Source: Deltaproteobacteria bacterium (GTDB taxonomy: Bacteria; Myxococcota_A; Polyangia; Polyangiales; Houyiibacteriaceae). From it: a stretch of 64,000 nucleotides of DNA. A program made the translations under genes and the position numbers. Below, piece by piece: positions 20,064 to 28,504 of the stretch; the stretch's first letter is position 1; every line of letters starts with the position of its first letter. The stretch covers positions 32,001 to 96,000 of the forward strand of contig JAXMNT010000014.1 of assembly GCA_034670305.1 (NCBI GenBank), read 5' to 3'. The notes beneath the pieces are model-generated. The model made no database searches and was not told the DNA's origin. It saw only the letters and a list, made by a program, of their open reading frames with translations.

Positions 20064-21437
20064 ATGGCCGACCTCTCCATCGACTTCTGTGGCATCAAGA
20101 GCCCCAACCCTTTCTGGCTCGCGTCCGCGCCGCCCACCAACACCGGCGACCAAGTCAGCCGCGCATTCGACGCCGGCTGGGGTGGCGCCGTGTGGAAGAC
20201 GCTCGGCAACCCGATCGTCAACGTGTCGAGCCGCTTCGGCGCGATCGACTACGGCCCGATGCGCATGGCCGGGCTCAACAACATCGAGCTCATCACCGAC
20301 CGCCCGCTCGACGTGAACCTCGCGGAGATGAAGGCGGTCAAAAAGCGCCACCCGGACCACGTGCTGGTGGCCTCGCTCATGGTCGACACGCCCGAAGAGT
20401 GGCGCGAGATCATCAAGAAGGTCGAAGACGTGGGCTGCGACGCGCTCGAGCTCAACTTTGGCTGCCCGCACGGCATGTGTGAACGCGGCATGGGTTCGGC
20501 GGTTGGCGCGGAGCCGAAGGTGCTCAAAGAGATCGTCGGCTGGGTGGTCGATTGCGCCACGACGCCGGTGATCGTGAAGCTCACCCCGAACGTCGGTGAC
20601 ATCACCGAACCGGCCATCGCCGCGCTCGAAGCGGGCGCGCATTCCATCAGCCTGATCAACACGGTGAAATCGATCATCGGCGTCGACCTCGACAAGATGG
20701 TGCCGATCCCCGTCGTCGGCGGCGGCTCGTCCAACGGCGGCTACTGCGGTCCGGCGGTGAAACCGATCGCGCTGCACTTGCTCGGCCAAGCCGCGCGGGT
20801 GTTCCCGAAACCGATCAGCGGCATCGGCGGCATCTCCGACTGGCGCGACGCGGCGGAGTTCCTCGCGCTCGGCGCGACCACGGTGCAGGTCTGCACGGCC
20901 GTGATGCACTACGGCTTCCGCATCGTGGAAGACATGGCCGAAGGCCTGAGCGACTTCCTCGACGAGAAGGGCATGAGCTCCGTGCAGGAGCTCGTCGGCC
21001 AGGCGTCGCCCGCCTACAAGGAGTGGGGCGACCTCGATCTCAACCACCACGTCGTCGCCAGCATCGACGCCGACAAGTGCATCGGCTGCCAGCTCTGTTA
21101 CGTCGCGTGCCTCGACGGCTCGCACCAGTGCATCCACCTGCCGGGCATGAGCGACGAAGAGAAGAAGAAGGCCGGCCACATCGCGTTCCCGAAGGACGTG
21201 CCCGAACACCTGACCAAAGACGGAATGCGCGTCCCCTTCGTGCACGAAGAAGAGTGCGTCGGGTGCAACCTCTGCGCCCTCGTCTGCCCCGTCGAAGGCT
21301 GCATCACCATGGTCGAGCAGCGCAAAGGCGACGAAGTCGAGACCTGGAACGACCGAGTCGACCGCGGCGATCCCCCGCCCCCCGGCGGCCTGGACTCGAC
21401 GATCGCAGCCGCAGCCGCGGCCGACCCCGCGGAGTAG
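20064..21437 (+). CDS. preA: NAD-dependent dihydropyrimidine dehydrogenase subunit PreA
   Basis: SPNPFWLASAPPT, GLNNIELI, ELNFGCPHGMCERGMGSAVG, KLTPNV, GGYCGPAVKPIAL, two 4Fe-4S motifs CIGCQLC and CVGCNLC. Confidence 0.95.
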   Translation: MADLSIDFCGIKSPNPFWLASAPPTNTGDQVSRAFDAGWGGAVWKTLGNPIVNVSSRFGAIDYGPMRMAGLNNIELITDRPLDVNLAEMKAVKKRHPDHVLVASLMVDTPEEWREIIKKVEDVGCDALELNFGCPHGMCERGMGSAVGAEPKVLKEIVGWVVDCATTPVIVKLTPNVGDITEPAIAALEAGAHSISLINTVKSIIGVDLDKMVPIPVVGGGSSNGGYCGPAVKPIALHLLGQAARVFPKPISGIGGISDWRDAAEFLALGATTVQVCTAVMHYGFRIVEDMAEGLSDFLDEKGMSSVQELVGQASPAYKEWGDLDLNHHVVASIDADKCIGCQLCYVACLDGSHQCIHLPGMSDEEKKKAGHIAFPKDVPEHLTKDGMRVPFVHEEECVGCNLCALVCPVEGCITMVEQRKGDEVETWNDRVDRGDPPPPGGLDSTIAAAAAADPAE

Positions 21438-21494
21438 AACCGGTCGCGGCACCATGAAGAACCCGCCGAGCCAGCAAGCCCCCAAGAATCGAAT

Positions 21495-21766
21495 GCGACT
21501 CCGAAGGAGAGCATGAGCGCGCGACTCCGAAGGAGAGCGTGGCCTGTCGCTGTTGCTGAGTCTGTCGCTGTTGCTGAGTCTGCTGCTGTTGCTGACTCTG
21601 CTGCTGTTGCTGACTCTGTTGCTGTTGCTGTCGCGCGGCCGAGTCGAATCCGAATCCGCTACCGCTACCGCTTCCGCTTCCGCTTCCGCTTCCGCTTCCG
21701 CTTCCGTTTCCGCTACCGCTTCCTTCTTTACGAGGGCAAGGGCAGGGGCACGGGCACGGGCAAGGG
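21495..21766. repeat. mosaic of short repeats: 2x GCGACTCCGAAGGAGAGC, (GCTGTTGCTGACTCT)-like, (CCGCTT)n, (AAGGGC)n
   Basis: 18-mer at 21495-21512 and 21521-21538; tracts at ~21546-21633, 21655-21721 and 21733-21766. Confidence 0.85.
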
Positions 21767-21807
21767 GAACCCTCGGCTTTGCCTCAGGTTCTGCTAGACC
21801 CCCGGCC

Positions 21808-23718
21808 ATGCCCGTCTTGGTCGCTCAGGGATTGCAGCGTAGTTATGGTCCGCGCGAGGTCCTCGCGGATGTTTCGCTCGCCCTCGAACCGGGCGAACGG
21901 GTCGCGCTTGTCGGGGTCAACGGCTCCGGGAAGAGCACGCTGGCGCGCATTCTGAGCGGGCTGGAGGTGCCAGACGGGGGCTCGGTGGTGCTGCGCAACG
22001 ACGCGCGGATCGCCATCCTCGCGCAGGAGCCACAGTTCAAGGAGGGCGCGACCGCGATCGAAGCCGCGCTCGAAGGGCTGGCGGACTGGCGCGAGGCGAT
22101 GAACGCGCACGAGCGGGCGTCGGAAGCACTCTCGACCGGGGACGACTTCGAGAAGTGGCTCGAGGTGCAGGCGCAGGCGGGCGCGGACATCGAGCGGCTC
22201 GGTGGCTGGTCGCGGGAGAGCGAAGCGGAGTCGATGCTGCAGCAGCTCCAGGCGCCGCCGGCCGACCGGCTCGTCTCGACCATGAGCGGTGGCGAACGAC
22301 GCCGGGTCGCGCTGGCGCGCGCGCTCGTCTCCAAAGCCGATTTCTTGGTGCTCGACGAACCGACGAACCACTTGGACGTCGAGACCATCGAGTGGCTCGA
22401 GGGGCACCTGCAGGATCCGGCGGCGCAGCCGGGCGCGGTGCTCTGCATCACCCATGACCGCTACTTCCTCGACCGCATTGCGACGCGCACGATCGAACTC
22501 GAGTACGGCGTGGTGCACTCGTTCGTCGGCGGCTTCACCGCGTACCTCGAAGGCAAAGCCGAACGGGAAGCGCACGACGATCGGGTCGAGAAGAACCGGC
22601 AGAACTTCATCCGCCGCGAGCTCGCGTGGCTCCGGCGTGGACCGAAGGCACGCTCGACCAAACAGAAGGCGCGCATCGACCGGGCGGAGTCGGTCATCGG
22701 CGCGAGCGGTCCGAAGAAGCGCGGCGACGTGAAGTTGCACGCGGCGGTCGCGCGCAGCGGTCGCACGCTGCTCTCGCTCGACAAGGTCTCGATCGACCTC
22801 GGCGAGCGCCGGCTCGTGAACGAGCTGACCTTCACCCTCAACAAGGGCGACTGCGTCGGCATCGTCGGGCCGAACGGCGCGGGCAAGAGCACGCTCATCT
22901 CCGCGATGCTCGGCACCGCGGTCGAGGACGCGATCATCGGCGGCGACGTGCGCCAAGGCGAAACGCTCAAGGTGGTCTCGCTCGACCAGAAACGAAGCGG
23001 ACTCGATCTCAACAAGAGCATCGTCGACAACGTCTCCGAGGGCGGCCGGGTCGACTTCCAGGGCCAGAGCCTCGACGCGCGCACCTACCTCGAACGTTTC
23101 CTGTTCGAATACAAAGAACAGGACCGCCCGGTCGAGACGCTCAGCGGTGGCGAGCGGGTGCGGGTGCTGCTCGCCAAGCTGCTCTTGCAGCCGATGAACC
23201 TACTCGTGCTCGACGAGCCGACCAACGATCTCGATCTGCACACCCTCAGTGCGCTCGAGTCGATGATCGGCGATCTGAAGGCGACCGTGCTGCTCGTCAC
23301 CCACGATCGCTGGATGCTCGATCGGCTCGCGACCCAGGTGCTGTGTTTCGAAGGCGAAGGCCAGGTCACCGCGTACGCGGGCGGCTACACCGACCTGCTC
23401 GCCCAGCGCGCGAAGACCCCGGCGCCGGCGTCCGTCGCGCCGCCAGCTCCGAAGAAGTCGAAGAAGAAGAAGGGTTCAGGCAGGGGCCGCCCGAAGTTCG
23501 GGGCCAAAGAGCAGTCCGAACTCGACGGCATGGCGGCCGCGATCGAAGCCGCCGAGGCGGAGAGCGAAGCGCTCGGACTCGCGCTGGCCGAAGGTGCGAC
23601 GAGCGGCGAGGCCCATGAGAAGGCCATGACCGCCTACGAGAAGAGCGTCGCCAAGGTCGAAACACTGATGGCCCGCTGGGAAACCCTCGAAGAACTCCGC
23701 GCCGAAGCCGACGACTGA
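21808..23718 (+). CDS. ABC-F family ATPase (Uup-like)
   Basis: two ABC domains (GVNGSGKST, MSGGE, LDEPTNHLD; GPNGAGKST, LSGGE, LDEPTNDLD), linker ELAWLRRGPKARSTKQKAR, C-terminal coiled coil, no TM segments. Confidence 0.92.
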   Translation: MPVLVAQGLQRSYGPREVLADVSLALEPGERVALVGVNGSGKSTLARILSGLEVPDGGSVVLRNDARIAILAQEPQFKEGATAIEAALEGLADWREAMNAHERASEALSTGDDFEKWLEVQAQAGADIERLGGWSRESEAESMLQQLQAPPADRLVSTMSGGERRRVALARALVSKADFLVLDEPTNHLDVETIEWLEGHLQDPAAQPGAVLCITHDRYFLDRIATRTIELEYGVVHSFVGGFTAYLEGKAEREAHDDRVEKNRQNFIRRELAWLRRGPKARSTKQKARIDRAESVIGASGPKKRGDVKLHAAVARSGRTLLSLDKVSIDLGERRLVNELTFTLNKGDCVGIVGPNGAGKSTLISAMLGTAVEDAIIGGDVRQGETLKVVSLDQKRSGLDLNKSIVDNVSEGGRVDFQGQSLDARTYLERFLFEYKEQDRPVETLSGGERVRVLLAKLLLQPMNLLVLDEPTNDLDLHTLSALESMIGDLKATVLLVTHDRWMLDRLATQVLCFEGEGQVTAYAGGYTDLLAQRAKTPAPASVAPPAPKKSKKKKGSGRGRPKFGAKEQSELDGMAAAIEAAEAESEALGLALAEGATSGEAHEKAMTAYEKSVAKVETLMARWETLEELRAEADD

Positions 23719-23730
23719 CGTGCCGAGCGC

Positions 23731-25197
23731 TTACTCTTCTTCGGACGAAGCCTTCTTTTTGGGGTCGTCTTCCTTGGGCGCCTTCGCTTTGGGATCCGCG
23801 TCGCCTTCTTCTCGGAAGCCTCGTTCCCAGCGGCTGCCGGGGATGGTGTTGTCGAGGAACAGCGCGGTGAACGCGCCGACCGCCATGCCGGTGCTGCCGA
23901 GGGTGTTGACGAGGTCCTTCAGCCAGCCGGGGCCGTAGTCGAACGGCACCGCCGCGAAGTACTCCGGCAGGCTCAGGCCCATGAAGAGCGAGAAGCCGAC
24001 GATGAAGAGGTTGCGCGGGGAGTTGAGATCGACGAGCTGCAGGTTCGACAGACCCACCGCCGCGATCATGCCGAACATCGCGCAGTACATGCCGCCGACG
24101 ATCGGCTGGGGAATGGTGGTGAAGAGCGCGCCGAACTTGGTGATCGATCCGAAGAAGATCATCAGAATCGCGCCGGCCTGGACCACGCGGCGGCTGCCCA
24201 CGCGGGTCAGCGCGATGGCGCCGATGTTCTCGCTGTACGAGGTGGTGCCGTTGCCGGTGCCGAACACGCCGGCGATCGCGCAGCCGAGGCCTTCGATGCC
24301 GATGCCGCGGCTGATGGTCTTGGCGTCGGGCGGGGGCGCGCCGCTGAGCCGTGCGCAGGCGTAGTAGTCGCCGATCGACTCGACCATGCTCGCGAGGTAG
24401 CCGGCCAACATGCCGACGATCGCGCTCGTCGCGAAGATGGGCATGCCCCACTGAAACGGCATCGGGACGCGCACCCAGGGGGTCTCCGCCAGGATGGTCG
24501 TGCTCACGTGTCCGGGGTGTCCTTCACCGAAGACGCCCGTCCAAGTGAGCACCGCAGCGAAACCCCACGCGCCGATGATCGCCATCAAGATCGGGAAGAG
24601 CCGAAAGACCTTCGCTTTGTTCCGGAGGTACTGACTGAAGAGGATGATGAGGCCGATGGTCAGTGCGCCGAGGCCCCAATGTTTGCCCGCGATCGGCGCG
24701 CCGAACTTGAAGAGCGCGAGGCCGATGAGCGCGATGGTCGGCGCGATCGCGACCGGGCTGACGAAGCGCACCATCTTGCCGACGAGCCCGGTGAAGCCGA
24801 GGATCATCTCGACGATCGAGCCCGCGATGATGGCGCCCTGGATGTGCTGCATGCGGACTTCGAAACCTTCGTTGCGCAGGCCCGCCATCGCGCAGATGGC
24901 GAACGTCGCCGACAAGAAGCTGAAGGTGCCGCCCTGGACGATCGGCAGCCGGTTGCCGATGGTCGTCTGCAGCATGGTCGCGATGCCGCTGACGAAGAAC
25001 ATCGTGCCGATGAGCATCGCGAGCTGCTTCGGGTCGTCGTCGATGCCGAGCGCAGGCGCGAGCAGCAGCGGGACGGCGACCGTGGAGCCGAACATCGTCA
25101 GGTAGTGCTGAAACCCCAGGAACGCGGTTTCGATGGGGGGCGGGACATCGTCGATGCCGTAGACGAGGTCGTGTTCGGGGGCCGGGGCGCTGCTCAT
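23731..25197 (-). CDS. NCS2/NAT family nucleobase permease (uracil/xanthine type)
   Basis: GFQHYLTMFG, ESIGDY, NAT motif SENIGAIALTRVGSRRV; 12-14 TM segments. Confidence 0.92.
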   Translation of the reverse strand: MSSAPAPEHDLVYGIDDVPPPIETAFLGFQHYLTMFGSTVAVPLLLAPALGIDDDPKQLAMLIGTMFFVSGIATMLQTTIGNRLPIVQGGTFSFLSATFAICAMAGLRNEGFEVRMQHIQGAIIAGSIVEMILGFTGLVGKMVRFVSPVAIAPTIALIGLALFKFGAPIAGKHWGLGALTIGLIILFSQYLRNKAKVFRLFPILMAIIGAWGFAAVLTWTGVFGEGHPGHVSTTILAETPWVRVPMPFQWGMPIFATSAIVGMLAGYLASMVESIGDYYACARLSGAPPPDAKTISRGIGIEGLGCAIAGVFGTGNGTTSYSENIGAIALTRVGSRRVVQAGAILMIFFGSITKFGALFTTIPQPIVGGMYCAMFGMIAAVGLSNLQLVDLNSPRNLFIVGFSLFMGLSLPEYFAAVPFDYGPGWLKDLVNTLGSTGMAVGAFTALFLDNTIPGSRWERGFREEGDADPKAKAPKEDDPKKKASSEEE

Positions 25198-25307
25198 TCG
25201 CGGGACCGTACTGATTCTGGACCGCCCCGTCACGAAGCCGCCCTCCGGCCAACCGAGCGCCGTCCATAGACGCGGGTGGAAACCGGATTGTCGGCTATGG
25301 TCCGGCC

Positions 25308-26060
25308 GTGGGCGTCCACTCCACCACACCGTTTCTCCAGCACGTCGCGTGGGCGGGGTTTGCCGCACTGGCGATGTCCTGTGCGATGGCCTGTGCGACA
25401 GCGATCCCGACCTACTCGGGTGCGTCGACCACGCCCAAGAAACGTTCGGACCTCATGCTGGGTGGCGCCGCGCGCATTCCGGTCGGATCGCTCCGCGACT
25501 TCGGTCCGGCCGACAGCCGGTACCGGGAGACCGCGGAGACCGGCGGCATCGTGCCGGTGGCGGCGTTTCGCCATGGCCTGACCCGGCACCGAGACCTCGG
25601 CGTCATGGTCGCCGGCACCAACGTGCGGCTCGAAGTGCGGGGCGAGACCGGGGTCCGCGAAGGATCGACCCGGCCCGCGTGGATCTGGGCGGCGGCGGCG
25701 TACGGGGGCTACGTGCCGGACCGCGACGGCGACGGCGGCGGCGGCCGGTTCGGAATCGATGTCCCGGTCGTCTACGGCATCGACTTCGGCGGCCTCTACG
25801 ACGTCTGGATCGGACCGCGGCTCGGCGCGCAGATGGTGGTGGGCGATTTCGAGTTCGAAGACGGACGCACCGAAGCCGCCACCGCCGGCGCGCTCTCCCT
25901 CGGTGGCGTGGTCGGTGTCGCTGCGGGGTTCCGCCGGGTGCACGCGATGCTCGAAGTCACCGTGGCGTACGAACACTGGTTCGGCAGCCACGGCGACCAG
26001 AGTCTTCGACGCGGCGGGTTCGTCGTGACGCCCGGCTTCGCACTGCGGCTGCGGCTCTGA
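25308..26060 (+). CDS. hypothetical secreted/outer-membrane lipoprotein
   Basis: signal with MAC; beta-strand pattern; ends FALRLRL; TATGGT 6 nt before GTG. Confidence 0.65.
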   Translation: MGVHSTTPFLQHVAWAGFAALAMSCAMACATAIPTYSGASTTPKKRSDLMLGGAARIPVGSLRDFGPADSRYRETAETGGIVPVAAFRHGLTRHRDLGVMVAGTNVRLEVRGETGVREGSTRPAWIWAAAAYGGYVPDRDGDGGGGRFGIDVPVVYGIDFGGLYDVWIGPRLGAQMVVGDFEFEDGRTEAATAGALSLGGVVGVAAGFRRVHAMLEVTVAYEHWFGSHGDQSLRRGGFVVTPGFALRLRL

Positions 26061-26267
26061 TGGCCCGCGGCTAGGCGGCTGAGGGACTCGCCGAGAAGAT
26101 CGTCGTCGACCTGTCGGCGCACCGGTTCCAAGCAGTGCCGCCGCCCCCAGAAGCCCTCCGCTGGGACTGAGCGCACCGTCCAAGGGACACGCTTCGCGCC
26201 GCTGCCAGGTTGGTTTCCTTGCCGACAATTCCGGTCTTCGCGGCGCGTCGTGCCAGCCTGAAGCGGC

Positions 26268-27146
26268 ATGGACACGCTGCGCAAGATCCTGGCCACGATC
26301 GGGGAGAGCCTCCAGATCGAGCTTTTCGCCATCTCGGGCACCACCGTCACCCTCGCCACCGCGCTGACGGCAATCGCCATCGTGATGGTCACCATGCTCG
26401 CGTCGCGCGTCATGAAGCGGGCGATCGCGCGCGGGTTCCAGGTGCGGGGGGTGACGGACACCGGCACGATCGCGCTCGTCACGAAGCTCGTGCACTACGT
26501 CGTGATGGCCGTGGGTCTGGGGATCGCGCTGCAGACGGTGGGCGTCGATCTGAACGCGCTGTTCGCCGCGGGCGCCGTGTTCGCGGTCGGCATCGGCTTC
26601 GCGATGCAGAACGTCGTTCAGAACTTCGTGAGCGGGATCATCCTGATGGTGGAACGCACGATCAAACCGGGCGACGTGCTCGACGTGGGCGGCACGATCA
26701 TCCGGGTCCAGAAGATGGGCATCCGGTCGACCCTCGGCGAAGGCCTCGATGGCGAAGACCTGCTCCTGCCGAACTCGCTCCTCGTCCAGGACACCGTGAA
26801 GAACATGACCCACCAGTCGGCCGACTACCGAGTGCGGGTCCCCGTCGGCGTCGCGTACGAGTCGGACATGGCGCACGTGCGGGCGGCGCTCGAAGCCGTC
26901 GCGAAGAAGCTGCACGATCCGAAGACCAAGGGAGAAGCCCTCGTGTTGATGACGGCGTTCGGTTCCAGCAGCGTGGACTTCGAAGTCTGCGTCTGGACGA
27001 AGGACCCGTGGCGGATCCGGCCACTGCGGTCCCGCATCCACCACGCGATCTGGGATGCGCTCAAGGAGGCGGACGTCGTCATCGCGTTCCCGCAGCTCGA
27101 CGTGCACTTCGACCGAGGCGTGTTGGAAACCAAAGCCGCGGCGTGA
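26268..27146 (+). CDS. mscS: small-conductance mechanosensitive channel
   Basis: GIGFAMQNVVQNFVSGIIL, IKPGDV, LLPNS, GVAYESD, FGSSSVDF, IAFPQLDVH. Confidence 0.9.
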   Translation: MDTLRKILATIGESLQIELFAISGTTVTLATALTAIAIVMVTMLASRVMKRAIARGFQVRGVTDTGTIALVTKLVHYVVMAVGLGIALQTVGVDLNALFAAGAVFAVGIGFAMQNVVQNFVSGIILMVERTIKPGDVLDVGGTIIRVQKMGIRSTLGEGLDGEDLLLPNSLLVQDTVKNMTHQSADYRVRVPVGVAYESDMAHVRAALEAVAKKLHDPKTKGEALVLMTAFGSSSVDFEVCVWTKDPWRIRPLRSRIHHAIWDALKEADVVIAFPQLDVHFDRGVLETKAAA

Positions 27147-27163
27147 CTGCTAGCGCGTAGTCC

Positions 27164-27853
27164 TCAGCCGGCCGGTGCGTCGTGGCCGAGCGCCGCGCGC
27201 ACACGGGCGACCAGCCGATCGCAGCGTTCTCCGTCGAAGGAGAACACGGACTCTGCGTCGGGTCCCCAGGCCGCGCCGAGCGACTGACGCATCATGGCGC
27301 GCGCTCGATGCAGCCGGACTCGGACCGCACCCACTTCGAGCTCCAAGGTCTCGGCGACCTCCCGACTCGACATGTGCTGCACGTCCCGCATCACGAGCAC
27401 CGTCCGGTACGGGAATGGCAGCTCGTCGACCGCACGTTCGAGCGCGACGCGCAGCTTGGACACTTCGGCCCGGTGCTCGGGTGTGGGGGCTCCGCTGTCC
27501 TGCACGGTCAACTCTTCCTCCCGGCTCTGCTGCCGGACCCTGCGTAGGGCGTTGCGGGCCGCGATCCGAGAGAGCCATCCGCCGAACGCTTCTGGCGACT
27601 GGAGCTGGTCGAGCTTGCGGTAGGCGGTGACGAATGCGTCCTGGCACGCGTCCTCCGCTTCGCTGTCGTTCTTGAGGATGCTGCGCGCGATGCGGAACAC
27701 CCGAGGGTTGTAGCGACGCATCAGTTTCGTGAACGCTTCGTCGTCGCCTGCGAGCACACCACCCACGAGCACGGCGTCGGTTGGATCCTTGGTCTCGTCA
27801 GGCATCGGTGGGGTGGCTGCGACTGGTTGGAGGGCCATGGCTCTCGGGCTCAT
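27164..27853 (-). CDS. ECF sigma-70 factor with C-terminal F-x-F-x-G-x-RCD extension
   Basis: region 2 DEAFTKLMRRYN...AEDACQDAF...WLSRIARN; region 4 LPFPYRTVLVMRDV...VRVRLHRAR; tail SVFSFDGERCDRLV. Confidence 0.88.
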   Translation of the reverse strand: MSPRAMALQPVAATPPMPDETKDPTDAVLVGGVLAGDDEAFTKLMRRYNPRVFRIARSILKNDSEAEDACQDAFVTAYRKLDQLQSPEAFGGWLSRIAARNALRRVRQQSREEELTVQDSGAPTPEHRAEVSKLRVALERAVDELPFPYRTVLVMRDVQHMSSREVAETLELEVGAVRVRLHRARAMMRQSLGAAWGPDAESVFSFDGERCDRLVARVRAALGHDAPAG

Positions 27854-27958
27854 GGTGGAGAGAGGCGCGAGCAGGCCAAACGTTACACGGTTCCTCAGAC
27901 CCGCGGCAGTCGCCAACACCGTTCGTAACGGAACGGGCGGCTCGTGCTCTTGGTCCCA
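27853..27958. promoter_or_regulatory. mirror-image divergent ECF-type promoters (GTAACG ... CTCT)
   Basis: GTAAC starts exactly 33 nt before each ATG (27886 on -, 27925 on +), with CTCT at the same offset on both strands. Confidence 0.7.
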
Positions 27959-28353
27959 TGAAACGACTGCTCTGTCTCTCCGTGGTGGTGGTTGCATGCG
28001 CCAGCGCACCACCGCCCAACCTCAACGATCCGAACCTCTCGCAGGTGGAAGTCGGCCAGCAAGCCTACGCCCACGCCTGCGCGGGATGTCACGGCGATGC
28101 CGGTGAAGGGGGCCGTGCATCGGCGCTCCTGGGAGACGGTTCGCTACCGGCGAGCCGCGAAGGCCGGCCGGACTTTCACACCGCCGCCGATCTGCTGACG
28201 TGGTTGCCGGTCGCGATGCCGCCACGTGAGAGCGATCGACTCGCGCCGGCAGAGTACGCCGCGATCGTCGCGTTCGTTCTGGAAGCGCACGGCGTGGATC
28301 TGCAGGGCCAGAACGTCACCGAAGAGAACGCGGCACAGTGGCCGCTTCGGTAG
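27958..28353 (+). CDS. monoheme c-type cytochrome lipoprotein
   Basis: lipobox VVVAC, CAGCH heme motif, distal MP (VAMPP). Confidence 0.85.
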   Translation: MKRLLCLSVVVVACASAPPPNLNDPNLSQVEVGQQAYAHACAGCHGDAGEGGRASALLGDGSLPASREGRPDFHTAADLLTWLPVAMPPRESDRLAPAEYAAIVAFVLEAHGVDLQGQNVTEENAAQWPLR

Positions 28354-28504
28354 AGACAGCGCACTCCGCCGCTTCAGTAGAGACAGCCGCCTCCGTTGGA
28401 CCGATGCGACAGGTGACCCAGGTCGCGCTCACGTTTCTGCAGGTTCTGCTCTGGCTCATCGGCGCGGCGTGGATGGAGTCTGCTTCCATCGCACCCCACG
28501 CCGA

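Noticed and set aside
21553-21807. Leu-rich N-terminal extension of the ABC-F protein
   Set aside because: It is a translation of simple repeats; the real start is more likely ATG 21808.
28341-28387. GTAG-type REP in the 27-nt-period duplication over the cytochrome stop codon
   Set aside because: GTAG is present, but no palindrome follows and there are no other copies; likely a local tandem duplication.
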